Source: an uncultured Sphingomonadaceae bacterium
GTDB taxonomy: Bacteria; Pseudomonadota; Alphaproteobacteria; Sphingomonadales; Sphingomonadaceae
Length of the DNA: 64,000 nucleotides
Direction of reading: 5' to 3'
NCBI GenBank assembly: GCA_947493325.1
Contig: CANLQI010000001.1
Coordinates: 1,129,375-1,193,374, forward strand
The position numbers and the translations under genes are program-made. Position 1 is the first letter of the stretch; every line of letters starts with the position of its first letter. Positions 32,107 to 43,046 of this stretch are shown here, piece by piece. Below the pieces are notes generated by a model. That model saw only the letters and a list, made by a program, of their open reading frames with translations, searched no databases and was not told the origin of the DNA.

Positions 32107-32109
32107 CTG

Positions 32110-32790
32110 CTATTCCTCTATATTCCGAACGATTTCGACATCGCCCGCATGAACTACCTCCGCCGCGCCGCCATCCGTTCGGATTTTGAGCGAGCCATCC
32201 TTATCAAGCCCCATGAAAATTCCGGTCAAATGCTTGCCCGCACCGCAAGACACTTTTATTTCCGTTCCTGTTTTATGGGCCTTGCCCTGCCATTTATCAA
32301 GCAGATTGAGAACAGGTCGGCTGCGCCATTCGGCATATTGTTTTTCAAAACTCACTGCCAGGTCTTCCATCAGGATCGCTGCGTCAAGCGACGTCGGCAC
32401 GCCTTCATCATGCAGGCAGGTTACCTCACGGCCCGGAATATCGGGTGCGGTGGCAATGTTCAGGCCGATACCGATAATGACCGCATCGCCGCAGCGTTCG
32501 AGCAGCATCCCGCACAGCTTTTTGCCATTCACCAATATATCATTTGGCCATTTAAGCTGCGGCGGTTTTTGGGTAAGATATGGTGCGATGGATTCATGCA
32601 CTGCAAGCGCCGCCACAAATGCCAGCGTAGAAGCGGGCGGATCATCACCGCGCAAACGCACCAATGTACTGGCAAATAAATTGCCGGACGGACTTTCCCA
32701 ATCGCGGCCGAGACGCCCCCGGCCCGCGCTTTGCCGTTCCGCGCGAATCCACAGGCCTTCCCCCGCGCCGGATTTGGCACGCTCCAGCAT
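32110..32790 (-). CDS. birA: Biotin--[acetyl-CoA-carboxylase] ligase; the true start is probably upstream of the first ATG (see findings)
   Basis: GRGRLGRDWESPSGNL biotin-binding loop. The conserved STN motif lies upstream of the ATG at 32790, in frame. Confidence 0.88.
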   Translation of the reverse strand: MLERAKSGAGEGLWIRAERQSAGRGRLGRDWESPSGNLFASTLVRLRGDDPPASTLAFVAALAVHESIAPYLTQKPPQLKWPNDILVNGKKLCGMLLERCGDAVIIGIGLNIATAPDIPGREVTCLHDEGVPTSLDAAILMEDLAVSFEKQYAEWRSRPVLNLLDKWQGKAHKTGTEIKVSCGAGKHLTGIFMGLDKDGSLKIRTDGGAAEVVHAGDVEIVRNIEE

Positions 32791-32844
32791 ATCCGCGTTG
32801 GTAGATGCCGTCAGAGCAACGGTTTCAATGCGCGGTTTCAGAGC

Positions 32845-34323
32845 CTAAAACGCCCAGAACAGAGCATTTGCCGCCTGATCCGCAATATTGCTCAACGGAC
32901 GGGCGAGCAGATAGCCAAGCGGTGATACGAACAGGGCGAATATGGCAATCAGGACCATATGTACCCGGCTATCGCTTTCCACGATCACATCAGCAGGTTC
33001 ATCAAAATAGATGACCTTAATAACCTTGAGATAATAAAAGGCGCCGATGACCGATGCCGCTATGCCGATAGCCGCGAGTATGATGAGGTCAGCCTGGACG
33101 GCGGCTTCGAATACAAGGAACTTGCCCCAGAAACCGAACAACGGCGGGATGCCGGCAAGCGAGAACATGAAGATAGCCATGGCAGCCGCAAGCCCCTTGC
33201 GTGATTTGGAAAGGCCCGCAAGTGAAGAAATTTCCTCAACCTGATTGCCCTGCGCATCGCGCATATCAAGCACAGCGATAAAGCTGCCCAATGTCATCGC
33301 CACATAGATGATGAGATACACCAGCATCGCCGATGCCCCCGCCTTGTTTGCCGCGGCGAGGCCGATCAGGATAAAGCCGACATTGTTGATCGAGCTATAG
33401 GCCAGCAGGCGCTTGATATTGGTCTGGCCAATTGCGCCGACTGCCCCCACAACAATGGAGGCCAGGGCGATGAAGATGATAATCTGCTGCCACGCAGTGA
33501 CCTGACTGCCGAAAGCCTCAACCGCAACGCGCATGGTCAGTGCCAGCGCCGCGACTTTGGGTGCAGTGGCAAAAAATGTCGTGACGGGCGTGGGCGCGCC
33601 TTCATAAACGTCGGGCGTCCACATGTGGAATGGCACGGCGCTGATTTTGAACGCCAGCCCCGCCAGTACGAATATCAGACCGAATAGCGCGCCTGTGCCG
33701 ATGCCACCTTCGAAAGCCTGATTGATGCCGTTAAAGCTTGTGGTGCCGGTAAAGCCGTAGAGCAGCGACATGCCAAACAGCAATATACCGCTCGCCAGCG
33801 CGCCAAGGACGAAATACTTAAGGCCAGCCTCTGCGGAACGTTCATCATTACGCAGGAAACTGGCAAGCACGTAAGCGGCAAGGCTGTTGAGTTCGAGGCC
33901 GATATAAAGTGTGAGAAGGTCGACAGCTGACACCATTAATCCCATGCCGGTCGTCGCCAGAAGGACCAGCACCGGATATTCGGGCCGCATCACATTTGAC
34001 CGCTGTACACCCGCATTTTCAAAGAAACGCGGCGCAATTATGATGGATACAATCGCCGCAATATAGATAAGCAGCTTGGTCAGCGAACTGAATTTATCGA
34101 GACGATATTGCCCGAAAAATGCATCGCCGCCATCTGCAAAAGACGGATTAAGCAGGAAATCAAGCGCCACGGCGGATGCCGCAAACAATGTCGCCACTGC
34201 CAATATGCTGACAATACGCGCAGATTTGGCGCCGCCCCATGCGCATACGAGCAGCAGTATCATACTGCCAATGCTCAATATGACTTCGGGGGCGACCAGA
34301 TACAGGGAGCTAATGATAGACAT
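32845..34323 (-). CDS. nuoN: NADH-quinone oxidoreductase subunit N
   Basis: 492-aa polytopic antiporter-like subunit and the last gene of the operon. Confidence 0.95.
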   Translation of the reverse strand: MSIISSLYLVAPEVILSIGSMILLLVCAWGGAKSARIVSILAVATLFAASAVALDFLLNPSFADGGDAFFGQYRLDKFSSLTKLLIYIAAIVSIIIAPRFFENAGVQRSNVMRPEYPVLVLLATTGMGLMVSAVDLLTLYIGLELNSLAAYVLASFLRNDERSAEAGLKYFVLGALASGILLFGMSLLYGFTGTTSFNGINQAFEGGIGTGALFGLIFVLAGLAFKISAVPFHMWTPDVYEGAPTPVTTFFATAPKVAALALTMRVAVEAFGSQVTAWQQIIIFIALASIVVGAVGAIGQTNIKRLLAYSSINNVGFILIGLAAANKAGASAMLVYLIIYVAMTLGSFIAVLDMRDAQGNQVEEISSLAGLSKSRKGLAAAMAIFMFSLAGIPPLFGFWGKFLVFEAAVQADLIILAAIGIAASVIGAFYYLKVIKVIYFDEPADVIVESDSRVHMVLIAIFALFVSPLGYLLARPLSNIADQAANALFWAF

Positions 34324-35876
34324 CAGTGACCTCCCTCGCTTGCTTCATGGGAGCCATGCTCGCCCTTCTCTTCTTTTTTCGGTGTGCCCATCGTGATTTG
34401 CGCATCCCCCTGGGGCTGCGCACGGGCAATGCGTGCTTCCAGTGTCGTAATATCCTGTCGCATCGGCGCGAGGAAGCTTTCCGGGTAGACCCCCATCCAC
34501 AGCACCACCGCGGCAATTGGCGCCAGCAGCGCCATTTCGCGGCCGCTGAGATCAGACATCGCTTTCACATCCTCATGCACCAGATCGCCATAGGCAACGC
34601 GGCGATAGAGATAAAGCATATAGCCCGCGCCCAGAATGATGCCCGTGGTACACACCAGCGCGACCCAACTGGAAACCTTGTAAATGCCCAGCAGTGACAA
34701 GAATTCACCAACAAAGCCGCTGGTGCCCGGCAGGCCAATTGAGGCCATGGTGAATAGCAGGAACAAGAGCGCATATTTCGGCATATTGATCGACAGACCA
34801 CCATAGCGGTCAATTTCGCGCGTATGGAGCCGGTCATAAATCACGCCGACACACAGGAACAATGCGCCTGACACCAGACCATGGCTCAGCATTACGATCA
34901 TCGCGCCTTCCAGTCCCTGCTTGTTAAACGCGAACAGGCCGACCGTCACAATCGCCATATGCGCGACCGAGGAATAGGCAATCAGTTTTTTCATGTCATG
35001 CTGCACCAGCGCGACGAGCGAGGTATAGACCACCGCCACCATCGACAGGCCGAATATCAGCCAGACAAACTGCGCAGACGCTTCGGGGAACATCGGCAGC
35101 GAGAAACGGATAAAACCATAGCCGCCGAGTTTCAGCAGCACGCCCGCCAGAATGACCGAACCGGCAGTAGGTGCCTGAACGTGCGCATCGGGCAGCCAGG
35201 TATGGACCGGCCACATCGGCATTTTCACCGCAAAGCTGGCAAAGAAAGCGAGCCAGAGCCATGTCTGCGCCTCTGGCGCGAAATCATAGTTCATCAGCGT
35301 CGGGATATCGGTCGTGCCCGCCTGATTGGTCATCCACAGCATGGCAATCAGCATCAGCACCGATCCAAGCAGCGTGTAGAGGAAGAATTTGTATGACGCG
35401 TAAATCCGGTCCGCCCCGCCCCAGATACCGATAATCAGATACATCGGGATCAGGCCCGCTTCAAAGAAGATATAGAACAGGAAAATATCCTGTGCCGCGA
35501 ACACGCCGATCATCAGCGTTTCCATAAACAGGAATGCCGCCATATATTCGCCGACACGCTTCTGGATCGCTTCCCAGCTGGCACCGATACAGATTGGCAT
35601 CAGGAACACCGACAGCATGATGAGCATCAGCGCAATGCCATCAATGCCAAGCGCCCAGGAGAAACGGCCGAATATCGGCGCGTTTTCGGTAAACTGCCAC
35701 TGCGCACCGCCAATATCGTAATTGAGCCACAGCACGATGCCGAGCGCCAGATTGGCCAGCGTGGCCATCAGCGCCATCCAGCGTGCCGAATTGGCAGACA
35801 GGAACAGGCAGACGACGGCGGCTATCGTCGGAATAGCCAGCATCAGCGACAGGATTGGAAAGCCAAGTTCGTTCAT
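34323..35876 (-). CDS. nuoM: NADH-quinone oxidoreductase subunit M
   Basis: 517-aa antiporter-like subunit. Its stop overlaps the nuoN start. Confidence 0.95.
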   Translation of the reverse strand: MNELGFPILSLMLAIPTIAAVVCLFLSANSARWMALMATLANLALGIVLWLNYDIGGAQWQFTENAPIFGRFSWALGIDGIALMLIMLSVFLMPICIGASWEAIQKRVGEYMAAFLFMETLMIGVFAAQDIFLFYIFFEAGLIPMYLIIGIWGGADRIYASYKFFLYTLLGSVLMLIAMLWMTNQAGTTDIPTLMNYDFAPEAQTWLWLAFFASFAVKMPMWPVHTWLPDAHVQAPTAGSVILAGVLLKLGGYGFIRFSLPMFPEASAQFVWLIFGLSMVAVVYTSLVALVQHDMKKLIAYSSVAHMAIVTVGLFAFNKQGLEGAMIVMLSHGLVSGALFLCVGVIYDRLHTREIDRYGGLSINMPKYALLFLLFTMASIGLPGTSGFVGEFLSLLGIYKVSSWVALVCTTGIILGAGYMLYLYRRVAYGDLVHEDVKAMSDLSGREMALLAPIAAVVLWMGVYPESFLAPMRQDITTLEARIARAQPQGDAQITMGTPKKEEKGEHGSHEASEGGH

Positions 35877-35877
35877 C

Positions 35878-37887
35878 TTATCGCACCATTACCCAAGTGA
35901 TCGCCGCCACAAGCCCCAGGAGCATGACCAGCGCATAGCTGTAAAGATATCCGGTCTGGAGCCTGCCAGCGACCCTGCTGCCATAGCTGACCAAGGTGGC
36001 CGCACCATCGGGGCCGAAACGGTCGATGGTCTGCTGGTCGCCGCGTTTCCAGAACAGGCGTCCGAACCAGAAAGCCGGTTTGACGAAGATGAGGTCATAC
36101 AGCTCGTCAAAATACCATTTGTTGAAGAAGAACTGGTACAGGCCGCGGAACTGGTCCGCCAGCGCCTGCGGCCGTCCCTCCCCGCGCATATACATGAAGA
36201 ACGCTGTGCCCAGCCCGATCAGCATCGCGAAAGTCGACGACAGCTTTACCCAGTAAGGCACTTCATGGATGACGTGCATCAGATGTGCGTCAAACGCGAT
36301 GCTTCCATTCCAGAATGCCGCGCCTTGTTCGGCGTCGATAAAGGCATGGTGGAACACAAAACCCGCAAATATTGCGCCCATCGCAAGCACGCCCAGCGGT
36401 ATGAGCATGGTGAGCGGGCTTTCATGCGGGTGATAGCCGCCGGTGCTGTCTTCGGCTGTTTCGGGTGTCTTGTGCACGCTGTGCTGAATATGTTCGGATT
36501 CAATCCAGCGCGGTTTGCCCCAGAATGTCAGGAACATCAGCCGCCAGCTATAAAAGCTGGTGAGCAGCGCTGCGGTCACGCCAACGAAGAAGGCAATGCC
36601 GCCCATTTCGGTGCCGCTGGCATAGGCCGCCTCGATAATCGCGTCTTTTGAGAAAAAGCCGGCAAAGCCGAGCGCTGGGATTGCGCCGATATGGATGATG
36701 CCCACACCGGTAATCGCCAATGTGCCAGCGAGCATCGCCCAGAAAGTCAGCGGAATTTCTTTTTTCAGGCCGCCATAATAGCGCATGTCCTGCTCATGGT
36801 GCATGGCGTGAATGACACTGCCCGCGCCGAGGAACAACAGTGCCTTGAAAAACGCATGAGTGAACAGGTGGAACATCGCCGCACCATAGGCGCCGACGCC
36901 AGCGGCAAAGAACATATAGCCCAGCTGTGAACAGGTGGAATAGGCGATCACGCGCTTGATATCAGTTTGCACCAGGCCAACCGTCGCCGCGAACAGCGCA
37001 GTGGCCGCGCCCACGAAAGTTACCACTGTCAGCGCGGTTTCGCTGGTCTCAAACATGGGCGACAGGCGGCAGACCATAAAGACGCCCGCAGTCACCATGG
37101 TGGCCGCGTGGATCAGTGCGGACACAGGTGTCGGACCTTCCATCGCATCGGGCAGCCATGTGTGCAGGCCAAGCTGCGCCGATTTGCCCATCGCGCCGAT
37201 AAACAGCAGCAGGCAGAGGATCGTCATCGTATCAAGCCGCATGCCGAGGAAGCCGATGGTGGAGCCCGCCATAGCAGGCGCTGCTTCAAGGATTTCGGGG
37301 ATAGAGACTGTGCCAAACACCAGGAAAGTGCCGAAAATGCCGAGCATAAAGCCAAGATCACCAACACGGTTTACGACAAATGCCTTGATCGCAGCGGCAT
37401 TCGCGCTTGGCTTTTTGAACCAGAAGCCGATCAGCAGGTAGGAGGCAAGCCCCACGCCTTCCCAACCAAAGAACATCTGCACAAGGTTGTCAGCTGTCAC
37501 CAGCATCAGCATGGCAAAGGTGAAGAGCGAGAGATAGGCGAAGAAACGCGGTTGATCCGGGTCTTCATCCATATAGCCCCAGCTATAAAGATGCACGAGC
37601 GCGGACACGGTGGTGACCACGACCAGCATCACTGCGGTCAATGTGTCGACACGCAATGCCCAGTTGAAATTGAGGTCGCCCGAACGCACCCAGTCGAGAA
37701 CCGGAACAACAGATGCCTGTGCATCACCGCTCAAAAAGCTGAGGAAAATCGGCCAGCTGAGCGCGCAGGAAATAAACAGCGCGCCGGTGGTTATCACCTT
37801 GGCGGGAATATTGCCCAGCGCCCGGTTGCCCAGGCCAGCGATAATGGCTGCCAGCAATGGCAGGAATACGATAAGTTTGATTTCCAC
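35878..37887 (-). CDS. nuoL: NADH-quinone oxidoreductase subunit L
   Basis: 669 aa. Antiporter-like core plus the C-terminal lateral helix region. Confidence 0.95.
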   Translation of the reverse strand: MEIKLIVFLPLLAAIIAGLGNRALGNIPAKVITTGALFISCALSWPIFLSFLSGDAQASVVPVLDWVRSGDLNFNWALRVDTLTAVMLVVVTTVSALVHLYSWGYMDEDPDQPRFFAYLSLFTFAMLMLVTADNLVQMFFGWEGVGLASYLLIGFWFKKPSANAAAIKAFVVNRVGDLGFMLGIFGTFLVFGTVSIPEILEAAPAMAGSTIGFLGMRLDTMTILCLLLFIGAMGKSAQLGLHTWLPDAMEGPTPVSALIHAATMVTAGVFMVCRLSPMFETSETALTVVTFVGAATALFAATVGLVQTDIKRVIAYSTCSQLGYMFFAAGVGAYGAAMFHLFTHAFFKALLFLGAGSVIHAMHHEQDMRYYGGLKKEIPLTFWAMLAGTLAITGVGIIHIGAIPALGFAGFFSKDAIIEAAYASGTEMGGIAFFVGVTAALLTSFYSWRLMFLTFWGKPRWIESEHIQHSVHKTPETAEDSTGGYHPHESPLTMLIPLGVLAMGAIFAGFVFHHAFIDAEQGAAFWNGSIAFDAHLMHVIHEVPYWVKLSSTFAMLIGLGTAFFMYMRGEGRPQALADQFRGLYQFFFNKWYFDELYDLIFVKPAFWFGRLFWKRGDQQTIDRFGPDGAATLVSYGSRVAGRLQTGYLYSYALVMLLGLVAAITWVMVR

Positions 37888-37893
37888 CCCTGT

Positions 37894-38208
37894 TTACCCC
37901 TTCATCCGGTTGACATCATCAACCGCAATCGTGCCGCGTCCGCGGAAATAAATCACCAGTATTGCAAGCCCAATCGCCGCCTCGCCCGCGGCGACGGTCA
38001 ACACGAACATAGCGAAAACCTGCCCGACCAAATCGCCCAGAAACGCGCTGAACGCGACCAGGTTGATATTCACCGCGAGCAAAATCAGTTCGATCGCCAT
38101 CAAAATAATGATGACATTCTTGCGGTTCAGGAAAATGCCAAGCACGCCCATCACGAACAGGATGGAGCTGACGATAATATAGTGTTCAATACCGATGCCG
38201 CCGGTCAT
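37894..38208 (-). CDS. nuoK: NADH-quinone oxidoreductase subunit K
   Basis: 104 aa, three TM helices. ATGA overlap with nuoJ. Confidence 0.93.
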   Translation of the reverse strand: MTGGIGIEHYIIVSSILFVMGVLGIFLNRKNVIIILMAIELILLAVNINLVAFSAFLGDLVGQVFAMFVLTVAAGEAAIGLAILVIYFRGRGTIAVDDVNRMKG

Positions 38209-38819
38209 AGCTCGACTCCCTTGCCTATTTCCGGCTGCACGTTGCGTGTCGCATCTTCGGGACGCCGGGCAACCTGATCCGCAACGACCTGCGGCTTCAC
38301 ACCGGAACGTTTGCGATTGGTCAGCACAATCGCGCCCACCATCGCCACGAGCAGAATGATGCCCGCCATTTCAAACAGGAATATATATTTGGTATAGAGA
38401 AGCTCGCCCACGGCCTGAATATTACTGGCATCTTCCCGCCCAGGATTAAGCGGCGCATCAGAAAGTTCTATCTTGCCCGCCCGGTACGCGCCGATACCGA
38501 ATATCAATTCACACACGAACACGACGGCGAGAAGCAATCCCAGCGGGACATTCTTGATAAAACCGGCACGAAGCTCGGCAAAATCAATATCGAGCATCAT
38601 CACGACGAACAGGAACAGCACCGCAACCGCTCCGACGTAGACAATGACCAGCAGCATCGCGATAAATTCTGCACCAACCAGCACCATCAATCCCGCCGCG
38701 TTAAAGAATGCGAGGATCAGCCACAGCACGCTGTGAACCGGATTGCGCGCAAAAATGGTGAACGCACCGCTGGCGATCAACAATGCCGCGAATAGATAAA
38801 ATGTGAAAACCTGTATCAC
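38205..38819 (-). CDS. nuoJ: NADH-quinone oxidoreductase subunit J
   Basis: 204 aa. Operon position and TM pattern. Confidence 0.92.
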   Translation of the reverse strand: MIQVFTFYLFAALLIASGAFTIFARNPVHSVLWLILAFFNAAGLMVLVGAEFIAMLLVIVYVGAVAVLFLFVVMMLDIDFAELRAGFIKNVPLGLLLAVVFVCELIFGIGAYRAGKIELSDAPLNPGREDASNIQAVGELLYTKYIFLFEMAGIILLVAMVGAIVLTNRKRSGVKPQVVADQVARRPEDATRNVQPEIGKGVEL

Positions 38820-38853
38820 TGTATTTTAAGCCCCGCTGGATTCGTCACGCGCA

Positions 38854-39339
38854 TTACCGGTAAGGTGCATCTGCTTCAAGGTTTGCCGCAATGGCACGCT
38901 CCCACTTATCCCCGTTGGCGAGCAATTTGTTCTTGTCATAGAGCAACTCCTCACGGGTTTCGGTGGCATATTCGAAATTCGGTCCCTCAACCACAGCATC
39001 GACCGGGCATGCTTCCTGACAGAAACCGCAGTAAATGCACTTGGTCATGTCAATGTCATAACGCGTGGTGCGGCGTGAGCCATCTTCACGTGGCTCAGCC
39101 TCAATCGTAATCGCCTGCGCAGGGCACACGGCCTCGCACAGCTTGCATGCGATACAGCGTTCCTCACCATTGGGGTAACGGCGCAGTGCGTGCTCCCCGC
39201 GAAACCGCGGGCTGAGCGGGTTTTTCTCATGCGGATAATTCAGTGTCGCCTTGGGCTTGAAGAAATATTTCAGCGTCAGCACATGCGCTTTCACAAATTC
39301 CCAAAGGGTAAAGGCTTTGATGGTTTGGGCAATGCTCAT
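38854..39339 (-). CDS. nuoI: NADH-quinone oxidoreductase subunit I
   Basis: Two 4Fe-4S motifs, [12 protein letters not shown] and [13 protein letters not shown] trimmed the start to the ATG at 39339 (ATGA overlap with the nuoH stop). Confidence 0.95.
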   Translation of the reverse strand: MSIAQTIKAFTLWEFVKAHVLTLKYFFKPKATLNYPHEKNPLSPRFRGEHALRRYPNGEERCIACKLCEAVCPAQAITIEAEPREDGSRRTTRYDIDMTKCIYCGFCQEACPVDAVVEGPNFEYATETREELLYDKNKLLANGDKWERAIAANLEADAPYR

Positions 39340-40388
39340 AGCGGCCACCCATGGTCTCTGATCATTACATATCCGCTCACTATAACCACCCATATCAGCG
39401 CGAGTGGCAGGAAGATTTTCCAGCCCAGGCGCATCAACTGGTCATAACGGTAACGCGGCACCGTCGCCATCACCCAGCTGAAGATAAAGAAAAACACGAA
39501 TATTTTCAGGAACAGCCAGACAATGCCGGGAACGGCATAGAGCGGTTCCCAGTCAATCGGCGGCAACCAGCCACCCCAGAACAGGATCGCGTTGAGTGCG
39601 CACATCAGCAGGATGTTCGCATATTCGCCGAGCCAGAACAGCGCGAAACTCATCGAGCTGTACTCGGTCTGATACCCGGCCACGAGTTCGGATTCCGCTT
39701 CGGTCAGGTCAAATGGATGCCGTGCGGTTTCCGCCATCGCAGAGATCAGGAACACGACCGCCATCGGGAAAAGCATCGGATTCAGGCCATAGGCATTGAC
39801 CACGCCGCCGATATGGCCTTTTTGCGCCATGATGATATCGCTCAGGTTGAAAGTCCCCGCCATCAAAACAACGCTTATCAGCGTAAAACCTATGGAAACT
39901 TCATAGGAAATCATCTGCGCCGCCGCGCGCATGGAGGAAAAGAACGGATATTTCGAGTTGGATGCCCAGCCCGAAATCACGACGCCATAGACCCCAAGCG
40001 AGCTAATCGCCAGGATATACAGCAGGCCGACATTAATGTCGGACAGCACCGCCGTTTCGCTGAACGGAATTACAGCCCATGCCAGCAGTGCCACCGTAAA
40101 GGTTATAATCGGCGCAATGATAAACAGGCCCTTGTTGGCACCCGATGGAATAATGGTTTCCTGCAGGAACACCTTGATACCATCGGCAAAACTTTGCAGC
40201 AGACCAAATGGTCCCACCACATTGGGACCCTTGCGCAATGCCATCGCGGCCCAGATCTTGCGGTCGCAATAGATGATAATCGCCACCGCGAGCATAAGCG
40301 GAAAGGCAATCAGCAGAATGCCGCAGATCGTGGCCACAAACCACGCTGCTTCATAATTCATGCCCAGAGATTGGAAAAATTCTGTCAT
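39336..40388 (-). CDS. nuoH: NADH-quinone oxidoreductase subunit H
   Basis: 350-aa polytopic ND1 homologue. Confidence 0.95.
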   Translation of the reverse strand: MTEFFQSLGMNYEAAWFVATICGILLIAFPLMLAVAIIIYCDRKIWAAMALRKGPNVVGPFGLLQSFADGIKVFLQETIIPSGANKGLFIIAPIITFTVALLAWAVIPFSETAVLSDINVGLLYILAISSLGVYGVVISGWASNSKYPFFSSMRAAAQMISYEVSIGFTLISVVLMAGTFNLSDIIMAQKGHIGGVVNAYGLNPMLFPMAVVFLISAMAETARHPFDLTEAESELVAGYQTEYSSMSFALFWLGEYANILLMCALNAILFWGGWLPPIDWEPLYAVPGIVWLFLKIFVFFFIFSWVMATVPRYRYDQLMRLGWKIFLPLALIWVVIVSGYVMIRDHGWPL

Positions 40389-42397
40389 TCCGCCGCCTCC
40401 AGCATATCATCCGCATGCAGCAGTTCCGCCGAACAGCGCTGCATGGTTGCGCTGGCGCGCGCGATCGAGTTTGTCAGGTAGAAATCCTTGATCGGATAGC
40501 TAAGCGCGCCTTCGCACTTGCTTTCCAGCTTGGGCGGTGCCCAGTCATAGCTCGCCAATCCTTCATTGCCGAGCGCAGGAACGGCTTTTGCCATGGCCGC
40601 GCGGCATTCTGCAAAACTGTCAAATGGCAGCGTATGGCCCAGCACATCGGACAAAGCCCGCAATATCGACCAGTCTTCGCGCGCATCACCCGGAGCAAAC
40701 ACCGCCTTGTTGGAAAATTGCACGCGTCCTTCCAGATTGACGTAGGTGCCGTTCTTTTCAGGGTAAGCCGCTGCGGGCAGAATGACATCCGCCGCATGCG
40801 CGCCCGCATCGCCGTGATGGCCGATATAGACTTTGAAGCTGTCTTTAAACTGGCCATAATCCATCTCATCCGCGCCCAATGCGAACAACAGCGCCGGTTT
40901 GGCCGCAACAATATCTGCCAATCCGCCTTTTTGCGCGTAACCAAGCATCAGTCCGCCCATGCGTGCGGCCGAGAAGTGCAGCACGTTAAAGCCGTTCCAG
41001 TCGTCACGGACCATCTTGAATTTGCCCGCCAGTTTGAGCGCTGCGCCGTGCACGCCCTCCATGGCCAGAGCGCCGCCGCCCATGATGATCGCAGGTTTGT
41101 CCGCCCCTTTCAGCGCATCGGAGACAGCTTTTGGCAGCTTGCCGAGCACCTTGGCATCCTCGCCCAGCCATTCGGCTTTATAGGTCAGATCGACCTCAGG
41201 GCCGACGGCGAAAACTTTCGCACCGCGCTTGATCGCCTTGCGGACGCGCGTATTCACCAATGGCGCTTCCCAGCGCAAATTTGTCCCGATCAGCAGGATG
41301 GCATCGGCTTCCTCGATACCGTTCATCGTGCTGTTGAAATTGACGGCTGCGAGGTTGCTGGTGTCGTAGGCCAGGCCTGTCTGACGGCCTTCCAGCATTT
41401 TTGAGCCCATGGCGGCAAGCAATTCACGCGCGGCAAACATAGTTTCACAATCCACCATATCACCGGCAACAGCGGCCACGGACTTGCCCGCTTTCTTGGC
41501 GACTTTGGCAATTGCCTTGAACGCTTCATCCCAGCTTGCCTCGACCAGTTTGCCGCTTTTGCGCACAAATGGCTTGTCGAGCCGGCGGCGCACCAGGCCA
41601 TCGACCATATAGCGCGTTTTGTCGGTCGCCCATTCCTCGTTCACGTCATCATTGACACGCGGCAGCACGCGCAGCACTTCCCTGCCCCGGCTGTCGAAAC
41701 GAATATTGGTGCCGACCGCGTCAGACACATCGATGCCGAGCGTTTTCTTCAGCTCCCACGGGCGCGCTTCAAACGCATAGGGCTTGGAGGTCAGCGCGCC
41801 CACCGGGCACAGGTCAATCACATTGCCCGAAAGCTCGCTATGCACCGCCTGTTCCAGATAGCTGGTAATCTGCATGCTTTCGCCGCGGCCAATCGCGCCG
41901 ATTTCCTCGACACCGGCCACTTCTTCGGAAAAACGGACACAGCGGGTGCAATGGATGCAGCGTGTCATGACTGTCTTGACGATCGGCCCCATATATTTTT
42001 CGGTGACTGCGCGCTTGTTTTCCTCAAAGCGTGAACCGCCCCGGCCATAGGCAATCGCCTGATCCTGCAGATCGCATTCACCGCCCTGATCGCAGATCGG
42101 ACAATCAAGTGGATGGTTGATAAGCAGAAATTCCATCACGCCTTCACGCGCCTTTTTCACCATTTCGGTGTCGGTGCGAATTTCCTGTCCTTCGGTGGCG
42201 GGCAGCGCGCAGCTCGCCTGCGGCTTGGGCGGTCCAGGCTTTACCTCGACCAGACACATGCGGCAGTTGCCGGCAATGGACAGCCGCTCATGATAACAGA
42301 AACGCGGAATTTCCTTGCCCGCAAGCTCCGCTGCCTGCAGTACAGTTGCGCCCTGCGGGACTTCCAGTTCTAGGCCATCTACGGTGACTTTAGGCAT
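40385..42397 (-). CDS. nuoG: NADH-quinone oxidoreductase subunit G
   Basis: N-terminal 2Fe-2S/4Fe-4S region (CYHERLSIAGNCRMCLVE, CIHCTRCVRF). 670 aa. Confidence 0.96.
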   Translation of the reverse strand: MPKVTVDGLELEVPQGATVLQAAELAGKEIPRFCYHERLSIAGNCRMCLVEVKPGPPKPQASCALPATEGQEIRTDTEMVKKAREGVMEFLLINHPLDCPICDQGGECDLQDQAIAYGRGGSRFEENKRAVTEKYMGPIVKTVMTRCIHCTRCVRFSEEVAGVEEIGAIGRGESMQITSYLEQAVHSELSGNVIDLCPVGALTSKPYAFEARPWELKKTLGIDVSDAVGTNIRFDSRGREVLRVLPRVNDDVNEEWATDKTRYMVDGLVRRRLDKPFVRKSGKLVEASWDEAFKAIAKVAKKAGKSVAAVAGDMVDCETMFAARELLAAMGSKMLEGRQTGLAYDTSNLAAVNFNSTMNGIEEADAILLIGTNLRWEAPLVNTRVRKAIKRGAKVFAVGPEVDLTYKAEWLGEDAKVLGKLPKAVSDALKGADKPAIIMGGGALAMEGVHGAALKLAGKFKMVRDDWNGFNVLHFSAARMGGLMLGYAQKGGLADIVAAKPALLFALGADEMDYGQFKDSFKVYIGHHGDAGAHAADVILPAAAYPEKNGTYVNLEGRVQFSNKAVFAPGDAREDWSILRALSDVLGHTLPFDSFAECRAAMAKAVPALGNEGLASYDWAPPKLESKCEGALSYPIKDFYLTNSIARASATMQRCSAELLHADDMLEAAE

Positions 42398-43046
42398 GCT
42401 CTAAAGCCTTTCTAATGAGAAGTTGCTTTAATAGCTTTCGTCTAAAGTTGATTGCCTCACTAAAAATAACCTGAAAGTCATCAGAACAAGCAGAACCTAT
42501 TTTATAAAAGTGATTATCAAAAACACCTTTTTTATTCATAAATTTAGATATACTTTTTTCTTTATTACGAGTTTTTCTCAATTTATCATTAAAGTATGCT
42601 TGATCCTTTTCATACATACAGCTTGCTAAATATCTCGCATAATAAAATTCAAAACTTTCGCCCTTTCGAAAAATATCTAATTTATAATGAGGCATAGTTC
42701 GATCATTATTTTTATACCATTTAACTAACTTATTCCGATAATCTGTAAAACAATCGGTTTTCTTTAGTATAATTCTTGTAGGAATTTCATTATATGAATA
42801 CTTAGCTTTAGAAATATTCAGGAAAGTTTCGGAAGAAGATTTAGGATATTGTTCAAAATAACAATAAAATGCTTCAGAATTAAGTGGAGGCGAATTATTA
42901 GTACGAATACTATATTTACTTTGATAGATTTTTGATACATATTTTGTTGAGATATAATCACTTGCTTCATAATCTCGTGCGTTTGCAACATTAAAAAATG
43001 AAACAAATAATACTAGGCTAGAAACTAAAATAACGCTTTTGATCAC
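42390..43046 (-). CDS. AT-rich (about 27% GC) gene for a secreted 218-aa protein of unknown family, inserted between nuoF and nuoG
   Basis: Uninterrupted 218 codons in very AT-rich DNA. The GTG start overlaps the nuoF TGA, with GGAGG-N7 upstream. The TAA overlaps the nuoG start by 8 nt. Sec signal peptide [25 protein letters not shown]. Confidence 0.8.
   Translation of the reverse strand: MIKSVILVSSLVLFVSFFNVANARDYEASDYISTKYVSKIYQSKYSIRTNNSPPLNSEAFYCYFEQYPKSSSETFLNISKAKYSYNEIPTRIILKKTDCFTDYRNKLVKWYKNNDRTMPHYKLDIFRKGESFEFYYARYLASCMYEKDQAYFNDKLRKTRNKEKSISKFMNKKGVFDNHFYKIGSACSDDFQVIFSEAINFRRKLLKQLLIRKALEHA

Noticed and set aside
31528-32679. Long plus-strand ORFs opposite the minus-strand genes: 31528-32679 (383 aa), 35722-36651 (309 aa), 36967-38277 (436 aa), 39351-40481 (376 aa), 40415-41404 (329 aa), 47015-47857 (280 aa), 1103-1915 (270 aa), 29506-30231 (241 aa) and many shorter ones.
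   Set aside because: Each lies fully antisense to a gene with unmistakable conserved motifs (coaX/birA, nuoM, nuoL, nuoH, nuoG, nuoC/B, the acyl-CoA ligase, rnj). Their translations are R/H/C/Q-rich with no motifs. These are typical shadow ORFs in moderately GC-rich coding DNA.
42390-43046. The AT-rich insert considered as an insertion sequence, group II intron, homing endonuclease or toxin-antitoxin module.
   Set aside because: There are no terminal inverted repeats or target duplication, and no DDE, HNH, LAGLIDADG, GIY-YIG or reverse-transcriptase motifs. It is a single ORF with a Sec signal peptide and no partner gene. I kept it as a finding of unknown function instead.
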